This document shows, one piece after another, positions 1 through 9,249 of a DNA stretch of 15,057 nt. The stretch is from Piromyces finnis finn. Lineage: Eukaryota > Fungi > Neocallimastigomycota. How positions within the stretch are numbered: position 1 is the first letter of the stretch; each line of letters opens with the position of its first letter. The DNA lies in the NCBI GenBank assembly GCA_002104945.1, contig MCFH01000217.1, positions 1 to 15,057 on the forward strand, written 5' to 3'. The position numbers were made by a program, and so were the translations under genes. Below the pieces are notes generated by a model. It saw only the letters and a list, made by a program, of their open reading frames with translations, did no database searches and had not been told where the DNA came from.

Positions 1-2
1 TA

Positions 3-315
3 AATACAATCGATAAATTATCATTAACCTATCTGTTAAGTTGCCTTAGATATACGCATGGTGAATGCGATAATATAATGTATGTAAATATTGTCGATTC
101 AAATGTAACGAATCACTATGAATGTGGTATTAGTTCCATAAAAGTAATTAATATATTTAAGGAAAAATGGGTTTGAATTAAAAAAGCAATATTCAATCGA
201 AAATTTTCCATTACTAAATGAATATCAAAATAATATTCTTCTTTTCTTAAAGTCATTGAATTTTCAAATACTAATATTCATTAAAAATAAAGAAAAACAA
301 TTAACGAAAATATAA
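3..315 (+). CDS. 3' end of an mRNA capping enzyme, guanine-N7 methyltransferase domain (poxvirus D1/NCLDV-like); 5'-partial, one frameshift near 148-168
   Basis: Manual translation, not in the ORF track. 3-176 reads NTIDKLSLTYLLSCLRYTHGECDNIMYVNIVDSNVTNHYECGISSIKVINIFKE. After a shift at the A5 run (163-167) it continues NGFELKKQYSIENFPLLNEYQNNILLFLKSLNFQILIFIKNKEKQLTKI* (TAA 313-315). The pattern 'E.(G)I...V..IF.E.GF.L' plus terminal 'LNFQILIFIK' resembles the C-terminus of vaccinia D1 as I recall it (EYII...IVRVFNEYGFVL...YYVVYVFSK). The SAM-binding motif would lie outside the window. Similarity judged by eye. Confidence 0.6.
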
Positions 316-761
316 TAAATATATAATAATTATTATTATGATCATTATTATTTCTTCATTTATAATATTTAAAATTTTATTTCAATAAAAGGATTTATAT
401 AAAGATTTTTATTATTTAAAACATATATATATATAAATGAATCTTTAGAAATTATAATAAAATAAATTAAAAAGATTATTAAATATATATATTATTATTT
501 TTTAAAATTCAATTCTATTAACTATACCTATATATATTAAATAAATATATGTATGTATGATTTATTATCTTAATGCATTAGTCTAAAATATATTATGATA
601 TAAATAAATAAATAAATAAAAATTATATATTAAATATGAATTTTAAAATTAAAAAATTTTAAATTGATTTTAGTATATAAATATTATAAACATGTTAAAA
701 CCGTTTTTCTAATAAAAAAAAATAAAATAATATATATTTTATTCAATTAATAAAAACACAA

Positions 762-2924
762 ATGTATCTAGAATTTGATTTATATAGTAATGAACAAATA
801 GAAAAACTTTCCATTCTAATTTCAAAAAAGTATGAATTAACTGATAATACCACGTCATATATATTAGATCCTCAATTACCATGTAAACAATGCAAAAAAG
901 TTATTGAATGTCCTGGCCATTTAGGAAGGATTCCCATTTACCAATACATTGTCCACCCATTATTTGTAAATATATTATGTAAAGAACTTACTCATGTATG
1001 TCCTATTTGTAAAAAATATAATGTTGCTCTTGATGTTAAATCACGATGCTGTGAAACACGAATAAAAGGTACTTCATTTTCCTTGCACAAGTTTAATGTG
1101 AAAAATACCAATTCAAAATCAAAGGGTAAATCAAATAAAAATAGTGAAAATAAATCTCAATCCGAATATGCATTTTTATTTGGAAATCAATGGTTCACCG
1201 TTGTTAGGATGTATGAATTAATTCATACCTTTGATTTCAGTGAAAACCCTGAACTGAAAAATAAAATGCTGAAAGTATTTCTCAAAAATATACCTGTTTT
1301 ACCCATAAATATGAGACCTTCAATTATGGATTCCAACAATATCATGATTCATAATAATATAACATCCATGTATATAAGACTGTTAGATTTAAACTATCAG
1401 TTTAAAAGCAACACCAACCTTATTTCGTATGGTGGATATGGATTAAAAGTATTCAATCTATATAAAAAATTCTTGGAATCCATAGTTCCACCGATACTAC
1501 CGAAAATTCCGATAAAAATTTCATTAAGCAAATATTATCTGGAAAAACAGGAATTTTTAGAAGTATGTGTTTAGCCAAAAGACAAAACTTTTGTCTTCGT
1601 AGCGTCATCGTGCCAAATATAAATATTCCCTTGGACAAAATATTGATACCAAAAGAATTTACAGATCAATTAATTCCCCATGGATATAAGCCAAATGACT
1701 ATGTAATTATTAATAGACAACCTACACTCCAAACTACTTCTATATTATCCGTTCGCTCCTTTCCTAGTAGCAGTCGAACCATCCAAATTAATCCTCTAAT
1801 AGCCAGTGTTTTTCAGGCTGATTTTGACGGAGATGAAATGAATATTTTTGGCTACCAGGAGAGGAATCTAAAAAGGAATTGGCTACTAAACTGAACATTT
1901 CAAATAATATCCGTTCATTTAAGGATGGATCACTCATGATTAAATTTATTCAAGATACCTTAACTGGCTTATACAATATGACAAAGGATCACAGTATTGT
2001 CGAACCCCATATTATCGAAAACATATGTAAACGATTAAAAATATCAAAAAAGGAATGGAATATATTTTGTAAATATTATAAATCACGAATGAATACCGAT
2101 AAAATACCATATAAGCACTTACTTTCATTGTTGATTCCAAAATCACTAACTTTAAAAATGGGTGATAAATATTTAGTAGACCATGGTATTCTACTTCACA
2201 CTATTAATGGTGCCAATCAAACTGTATTGTTAAATTTTATTACTCACTATGGTAACGATTTTTACTTGAAATTTATGTGGGATGTACAACGTATGGTTCA
2301 TGAATACAATTTATTTCACATTATAAGTATTTCCATTTCAGATTGTATACCAGACCCAAGCATTGAAAATGAATTTACATCCATTTTGGAAAAAATTCCT
2401 GACACTTTATCGGCTATACAACTACCAAATTTAGATTCTTCTATTATCTCTCAAGACAAAGATAGTAAAGAAATAAAAAAATAAGAAAGTATTATTTAGA
2501 AAATTATCCATTATTAGAAAGTTTATCTAAATCGATTAGCAATAATCTAACCAATATTGTCAATAGTGGTTCGAAAGGGAAAATCGATAATGTCATTCAA
2601 ATTTTAATGTCAGTAGGAGTTCAAGCCGTTTTGCAAAGTTGCTATATTAAGAGTTCCTATTCCGAAGGACTTACAGCAAAGGAACTATTTATACATTCAA
2701 AATCAGGCCGTGCTGGAATTATTTCAACTTCTCTCAACACTTCTTCTACAGGCTACATGCAAAGAGAACTGGTCAAGAGTATGGAAGACCTTATTACCGA
2801 TAAAGATGGTTTTGTACGTGATTATAATAATGATGAAATCTATTATTATCCTTTTTCTACAAACGTCCAAGATATAGATGATTCATTTTTGGAATATGCT
2901 TTTTCAATGTCGTTAAAAAATTAA
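762..2924 (+). CDS. RPB1: Divergent, reduced RNA polymerase largest-subunit homolog (Rpb1/Rpo1N-like, N-terminus to bridge helix), about 721 aa after repairing three -1 frameshifts; probably viral
   Basis: ORFs 762-1574, 1565-1894, 1879-2484 and 2607-2924 join into one colinear protein. Motifs in order: Zn site CKQC..ECPGHLGRI, CPIC..CC, region B IPVLPINMRPSI, region C ILSGKTGIFRSMCLAKRQNFCLRSVI, NRQPTLQ, catalytic FQADFDGDEMN (1814-1834), IQDTLTGL, NNLTNIVNSGSKG..QILMSVGVQ, SYSEGLT.KELFIHSKSGR, bridge helix TSSTGYMQRELVKSMEDL. Junctions: between 1464 and 1532 (best candidate A6 at 1464-1469), T5 at 1845-1849, and A7 at 2475-2481, each fixed by +1 nt. No in-frame stops remain, no introns, no CTD. 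Confidence 0.93.
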
Positions 2925-3816
2925 TAAGTATTAAATATTTATATTTACATTTATATTTATAAAATTTATATTTATTATATTTGAAAATTTATTTGGTTTT
3001 TATTTATAATTTATAGTAAATAGAAATACATGTATGTAGAACAATAAAATTATAGTTTATTATACTATTATTTAAATAGAATAATAACTTTTTTTTATTT
3101 TATTTTTATGATGACCAATGAAATTAAATTTACTGTATATCTTTCCTTTAATAATACATAATTCACTCTTATTAATTATTATTGTAAAACTAATAAAATT
3201 ATTTAAAATTTAATAATATTTAAAAAAAATAAAAATAAAAATAATTATATAAATTTGTTAATTTGAATTTATAATTGACACTTTGATAATTAAATCTAAA
3301 TATCCTTAAAAACCTTTTATATAATGTAATATTTTTTAAAAAAACAATATTATTATATTATTATATTATTATATTATATATATCTAAAAATTTTAAATAA
3401 TTGAAATATTATATATTTAATATTTCATTTTTTAAAATATAATATATTTCCAAAAGTATTTCCTATGAAAATACTATAAAGAAATAAAAAAAAGTATTTT
3501 TATTTCATTAAATTCATGAACCAATCATAAATAATAGCAACTTTTTTTTTTACATTATTATATTAATGTCAAATGAAAATAAATGACGATTAGTATTGAG
3601 ATATCAAAAATATTTTAATTTTGGAAAAACCATTTTATAAAAACTTTCTCATATCCTTGATTTGTTTTATGAATAATTATTAAAATTAAAATAAAAAATT
3701 ATATTTATTGATAGCTTTATCTTTATAATTTTGATTAATATTAAATATTAAGAAAATTAATAAATAATAAAAGTTAAGAGTGAAAGTGGAAGAAAATAAA
3801 ATTAGTGGTGACGCAC

Positions 3817-4434
3817 ATGTCTTGGGACGATTTCTTTATAAAAAATTCTAAATTAGTATTACATATATATAATCAGTTGAGAAATACTTATTTTACACCA
3901 CCACTGGAAGATGTATTTGGAATCTTCAAGTATGTCAAGTTAAGTGATGTTAAAGTTGTAATGATAGGTGATATGCCGTATAAAAATACTCGAGATATTT
4001 CAGACATAGCTTTTGGATCTAAAAACTGTAATCCACCATTATTATTGGAACGTATTTACAAAAATTTAGAAGATACAGTAGCTACTTTTCAGCGACCATA
4101 CAATCATCACTTAGATAAATGGCTAAATAATGGAATATTTTTATGTAATTTTTGCTTTACACGAACTATTGCTGATCCTTTACCATATCATTATCATTTG
4201 TTATGGGAACCTTTTATTAATAATTTAGTACACTATATTTCAAATGACCATCCTGTTGTTTTTATGCTATTTGGTGCAAAAGCCATTTCGGTTCGAAAGT
4301 CCATTAACGAAATAAAGTCGTCGGTGGTAGAAGTTCCACATCCTATTTATGAATACAATGAATTTAAAAAATCTAAATGCTTTTGTAAGGCCCGAGAACT
4401 TGCTTGTGAACTTGGGTTCACAATCTCATGGTGA
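3817..4434 (+). CDS. UNG: Family-1 uracil-DNA glycosylase homolog with non-canonical catalytic motifs (205 aa from ATG 3817)
   Basis: Motifs: 'YFTPPLEDVFGIF', 'VKVVMIGDMPY' (cf. VKVVILGQDPY), 'DIAF' (GLCF), 'PPLLLERIYKNL' (PPSLENIYKEL), 'WLNNGIFLCN' (WAKQGVLLLN), 'WEPF', 'VFMLFGAKA', 'VPHPI' (HPSPL). The track start GTG 3805 is replaced by the in-frame ATG at 3817 (MSWDDFF). Confidence 0.88.
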   Translation: MSWDDFFIKNSKLVLHIYNQLRNTYFTPPLEDVFGIFKYVKLSDVKVVMIGDMPYKNTRDISDIAFGSKNCNPPLLLERIYKNLEDTVATFQRPYNHHLDKWLNNGIFLCNFCFTRTIADPLPYHYHLLWEPFINNLVHYISNDHPVVFMLFGAKAISVRKSINEIKSSVVEVPHPIYEYNEFKKSKCFCKARELACELGFTISW

Positions 4435-4703
4435 ATAACCCTTATACAAACTACAAAATAATAAATATGACAAGTTAAACTATTTAAAAACTGTATTTTT
4501 TTTAAAAAGAAAAAGAAACATATAAACCATTAAAATCTAAATTGATTTTTTTTTATTTATTTAAAGTAAAAATAAAATTTTGAAATTAATAATTAATAAA
4601 AATAATATTTAATATTAATAAATATTATCAATATTTAAATAAAGACAACAAAAAAAAAAAATAAACTAGATAGTTTAATCCCTTATTATTAATTTAGAAT
4701 AAA

Positions 4704-5297
4704 ATGTTATTCAATATTTTTCTTTTATTACTACCAATTATTAATATGGTATATTCAAATGGTGTTTTCGATTCTGATGCCTTTGACAATTTAAGAAATG
4801 AAATGAACAATTCTGATATCTTTGATAATTTAAAAAATGAAATGAATAATTCTGATATTTTCGACAAATTAAAAGGCGAAATGAATAACAATGATATTAA
4901 TGTTAATTTTAAAACTACTACATCAAATCCAAAAACATTTAAAACTACTGTAACTAAAACTAAAAATAGTACTTCTATTAAAGCCAAATCTACTACTAAT
5001 GGCATTAAATCCAAATCCACTACTACCAAAGTTAATAAAGTAGTCACTTATACAAACACTTTTACTGTTCCTAATAAAACTTATATTGTTGGTACTAAAA
5101 CCTATTATGCTAATAATATTACAACACAGAAAAACCCTTCAATCCCAACTATATTATCTACTGATAAATGTGGAAGTAAATCTGATGGTGTTTATATATG
5201 TAAAAATAATAAATGTTGTAGCAAATATGGTTATTGTGGTACAAGTGATGCTTATTGTAGTACAGGATGCAAACCAAATTATGGAAAATGTTGGTAA
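4704..5297 (+). CDS. Secreted chitin-binding protein: signal peptide, 3x 13-aa acidic repeat, Thr/Lys-rich linker, C-terminal CBM18 (hevein) domain
   Basis: Hydrophobic N-terminus MLFNIFLLLLPIINMVYS. The C-terminal CGSKSDGVYICKNNKCCSKYGYCGTSDAYCSTGCKPNYGKC (5169-5291) has the 8-Cys hevein pattern with CCS.YGYCG. Confidence 0.9.
   Translation: MLFNIFLLLLPIINMVYSNGVFDSDAFDNLRNEMNNSDIFDNLKNEMNNSDIFDKLKGEMNNNDINVNFKTTTSNPKTFKTTVTKTKNSTSIKAKSTTNGIKSKSTTTKVNKVVTYTNTFTVPNKTYIVGTKTYYANNITTQKNPSIPTILSTDKCGSKSDGVYICKNNKCCSKYGYCGTSDAYCSTGCKPNYGKCW
4782..4898 (+). repeat. Three tandem 39-bp coding repeats
   Basis: Units start at 4782, 4821 and 4860 and encode FDNLRNEMNNSDI / FDNLKNEMNNSDI / FDKLKGEMNNNDI. 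Confidence 0.9.
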
Positions 5298-6336
5298 TCC
5301 ATAGAATATATAAATTATATATAATATAAATATATTAATGTAAATTAATATAATAAAATATAATAGGCAATAGATATTCACATATATATATATAACATTC
5401 TATACATATTATATATATTAAAAAGAAGTATAATAAATAGAACTTTGTTAAAATCTTTTAAAATAGTATTTTTTTAAAATAAGAATTTATATATTTATAA
5501 CTATAAATATTAAATTTTTTTAACGGCATCAAATATTTTAAACTTTATTATTAATTTAATTAAAATTATAATACATGTAATATAAAAATTAAAAATAAAA
5601 ATATTAAATTAACGATATATAATACTTTAATATCAAGCGATACTTAGGAATAAGGTATAATGTATAATTGTACTATTAATAATAATATTAATTATATTAT
5701 TCTATTATTCTAATAATGGTAATGACATTTGATAAACAATAGTCTATAACAATAAAAATGATAATTATAATAAATAATGAAATATTAAATTGTTAAAAGT
5801 TATTTCTTCTTATATTTTTATTAAATATTTATCATATTTAAAGTAGCTTTTTTTTTTAAAAAAAAATTAATTTGTAATAAAATACTTCATATTATATTTC
5901 TATATTTCATTATAAAAATGACTGCTTTAAATAATTATATTTATTACTATACTATTAATGAGTAAAACCAATTATTATAGAAATTTTTTTTATAAAAAAA
6001 AATGTATAGAAATAATTAATTTAATATAAAAAAAATAGAATATATATATATTTATACTATTTTAAAAAAAAAAACAAATTTTTAATAGTTTTAAATTTTA
6101 TTATCCATGTAATAAATAAAAATATATTATTTATTAATATTTTATTTTAAATATTAAAGATATATAAAATTAGTACAACAACACCTTATATTATAAATAA
6201 ATATTAATAAAACCAAATAATTATATTTATAAAAGTATAAATAGAATTATTAAAAGGTCATTGAATTAATTATTATAATTCTTTTATATATAATATTTTA
6301 ATATTTATATGTATATGATAGTAATTTTAATTTTAT

Positions 6337-7049
6337 TTAATATAAGAATAATAATAAGGTTAAAATTAATAAAGGTAATAAAACAGTAGTAATTTTAGTA
6401 GTAATATAATCGCCTGCATCACTTGTTTCATGAGAAGATTTGCATTTATCAGATTCTAAGAAAGAAATTGAATTTTTGATAGAATTTATATCTTGATAAG
6501 TATAACTTTCAGTAGTAAATGATAAATTTTCGTAAGCAGCAAAGCGGTCGACATTAATTTCTTTGAAAGACTTAATTAAAGATTCAGTACATTTTTTTGA
6601 TTTACATGTGTCTGATAAAGCTTCATCTTCACCAGTTAATGTGATTGCATATATAGAGAATGGACATAACTCATTATTTTCATCGGTGAAACATTTACTT
6701 TCTAAGCCTTGTACTAAATCCCTAATTATAAGGGGTTGCATTGCTTCTACAAATTGAGGAATTTTACTGCAAATTGGGAAGTACTTTAATGGATCATTAT
6801 AGAATGCTTGACATTTTTCAGATTTGATATTAGAGCAAGCTTGTTTATAATTTCCAATAGTAATGATAGGCATACAGTCGTTACTATATTCGGAATTATT
6901 GTTTTCTTCGATACATTCTTCAGAAATAGCACTGGCTTCAGAGTCAACAAAATTATCTCTTTTTAACAAATTAGAAAAAAGGTAGAGTTAGCAAAAGTTG
7001 AAGCTATTGTTGTAATTAAGATAAGTATTAAAAGATTAAAAGTTTTCAT
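6337..7049 (-). CDS. Secreted, probably GPI-anchored Cys-rich protein (10 Cys) of a type common in anaerobic gut fungi; true start 7049, one -1 frameshift
   Basis: ATG 7049 gives MKTFNLLILILITTIASTFANST. Adding one T to the run at about 6975-6980 joins it to LLKRDNFVDSE (dibasic KR). The C-terminus is SDA plus a hydrophobic tail, VLLPLLILTLLLFLY. Repaired length is 237 aa. Confidence 0.82.
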
Positions 7050-7224
7050 TTTTTTTTTCTTTTTACTTATTTAAAAATATCAATACTACTTTTTTTTTTA
7101 TTACTACTATTTTTTTTTTGATGATATTTAAATATTTTAATTTAATATTATTAATAATAATATTTTATTATAATTTATGTTTAATTATATTTTTATTAAA
7201 TCAGTTTATAAAATACTTTATAAA

Positions 7225-7261
7225 AATAAAACAGTAATATTACTAATATTACTGTTTTATT
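7225..7261. repeat. Perfect inverted repeat, 18-bp arms with a 1-nt centre
   Basis: AATAAAACAGTAATATTA-C-TAATATTACTGTTTTATT; base pairing checked position by position around C7243. Confidence 0.9.
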
Positions 7262-7848
7262 CAAATTAGTAAAACAATTTATTATATATTATATTATTAT
7301 TAATATATTATATTATTTTCTATTATTTAAATTTATTTTATGAATAATACATTGATATTAATTACTTTGAATTACATTAATTAAATCCATCTACATTCAT
7401 ATCCACATTCATGTAAAAAAATATCACTAGATGATAATATTGTTCATATTATACAAAAAATAAAATTTTGCTTTGGCACATTAATAAAAATGTAAATATT
7501 ATTTTTTTTTATAAATAAATATACAATACAATATAAATTATTATATATTATATAATGAGTAAATTATTTAATTAAATTTAAATTAATGATTTACATTAAA
7601 TAAAATGTATTATAATATATTATAATATAAATCATTTAATTAAAATATTTAAATAAAATAAAATATTATTAATTTCCAAAAATGTAACAAAATTCAAAAA
7701 ATAAAGTCTTTATTTTTTTTATATCTAGTTTTAAAATGATTTTATTAATAGAAATAATATATAGGTATAAGTTTTGTTTATTGTTTTATATATTTACTCT
7801 TTTCGAAATAAAAATAATATTGCATGTTATAATAATATTTTCGGGAAT

Positions 7849-9039
7849 ATGAACAATATCGAGTATTATAAGAATAAAGAAGATTCAGAGGTAATAAAGT
7901 TGCTTAAACATTACAAAATATATAATGAAGGAAATTTTAATTCTGAAAATATAAAAGAATTAATTTGCAAATTAGTAATGTATGGAGAAGCAAGAAATTT
8001 AAAAATGTATTGAGCGAATTATTTGAAAATTATAGATATGATAGAGATTATGAATTTGATAAACAATTTAGGTTTGACAATGATTTTATAATAACTTACT
8101 TATTTATTACAAAAATAAAACACAGTTTTCGAATAAAGAACTAAAGCTATTATTAATTAAAGAAAAAGAAAAAAGTCTAATTCTATTGTTAATTTTATAT
8201 AGCTGATAGATATATTTTTAATTTTGATTACTATTTTGTTACACCTTTATATATTGCTTGTGTCAGTAATAATGAAGAAATAGTAAAAATGTTATTTGAT
8301 TATGGGGCGAATGTAAATTTCCGAAATAATGTAGGTGAAACAGCTTTATTATATTTATGTAAATGTAATCTTTCTCTTGATATTATAAAATTACTAATTG
8401 ATAAATACAAAGCTAAGAATATGATGTAGATAATTATGGAAATACATTATTACACAAATTTTGTAAAGACGTAGTGATAATGATGTAAAATTATTTAATT
8501 TTTTAATAGAAAAAGGCTTAGATATAAATAAAGTTAATAATGAAGGAAATACTCCATTAATAGAATTGTGTAGGTATACAACAAAATATTTTTATATACC
8601 GTTATTACTGGAAAATGGTGCAGAAATTAATATACGAAATAATAAAGGTGAAACAGCATTACTTGTAACTTGTAAATACGGAGATGATAGATTGGTAAAA
8701 AAATTGGTAGAGTGTGGTGCTGATGTTAATATAGCTGATAATGATGGTAATACACCATTATTAATAAGTTGTCGTGATGATAGTAAGCTTTCTATTTCAA
8801 GGTTAAAGCGATATTTTATTGAGAATGGAGCAGATATAAATAAAGCGAATAAAAATGGAAGAATACCTTTTCATGAATTATGTGAACATGGAAATAATTG
8901 TATAATAAATTATTTCATTGATCATGGAGCAGATATAAATAAAATGGATAATGATGGTAATACTCCATTAAGTATTGCACGTAAGAATCTTAGTGAAAAA
9001 GCTAGTATTAAAAGTTTAATTATCCATGGAGCAAAATAA
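7849..9039 (+). CDS. Ankyrin-repeat protein, multiply frameshifted in this sequence
   Basis: Likely start MNNIEYYK (ATG 7849), with a shift in the A-run near 8001-8005. Ankyrin repeats lie in shifted frames: TPLYIAC..NNEEIVKMLFDYGANVN (from 8241), GETALLYLC, GNTLLH, GNTPLIELC. They continue in ORF 8566-9039: GETALLVTC, GNTPLLISC, GRIPFHELC, GNTPLSIA. About 7-8 repeats. Confidence 0.8.
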
Positions 9040-9249
9040 TATGAAAGTAAATATAATTTTTATTTGTTTGATGTTATAATTAAGGTATTTTTATTCGAAT
9101 AGAGCTTATTTAAATAATTATATATCATTAAAATTTACAATAGATATATAAATAATATATATTTTTAAAATAAAGTAAAATAAACTAATAAATATAAAAT
9201 GATTATAATATTTTATTTTTATTTATATAAAATCTTTAATAAATTAAAG

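Larger units (their letters stand above)
1..4434 (+). mobile_element. Putative endogenous large-DNA-virus-like element (capping enzyme + RNAP + UDG module); boundaries unknown, extends left of the window
   Basis: Three adjacent, co-oriented, intronless genes typical of viruses with their own transcription machinery, all far diverged from fungal nuclear orthologs. No capsid gene, integrase or terminal repeat recognised in the window. Confidence 0.6.

Noticed and set aside
1453-1638. Minus-strand 61-aa ORF
   Set aside because: Antisense shadow of the RNAP.
1464-2481. Introns explaining the RNAP frame breaks
   Set aside because: Conserved motifs join with a single added base, and no GT..AG segment needs removing.
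762-2924. Host nuclear RPB1/RPA1/RPC1 gene
   Set aside because: Too short and divergent: no dock, F-loop, trigger loop or CTD, no introns, and it sits among viral-type genes.
2997-3003. Poxvirus early terminator TTTTTNT after the RNAP
   Set aside because: The motif is ubiquitous in this AT-rich DNA and also occurs inside the RNAP coding region.
720-3816. Yeast linear-plasmid (pGKL-type) identity or UCS promoter ATNTGA
   Set aside because: No ATNTGA about 25-30 nt upstream of ATG 762 or 3817. The RNAP has a full Zn-binding clamp N-terminus rather than a beta/beta' fusion, and UDG is not a pGKL2 gene.
4782-4898. CRISPR-like array
   Set aside because: Contiguous in-frame coding repeats with no spacers; eukaryotic context.
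4694-5381. ORFs 4694-5047(-), 5086-5304(+), 5154-5381(-)
   Set aside because: Antisense or alternate-frame shadows of the CBM18 gene.
6563-6757. Plus-strand 64-aa ORF
   Set aside because: Antisense to the Cys-rich GPI gene.
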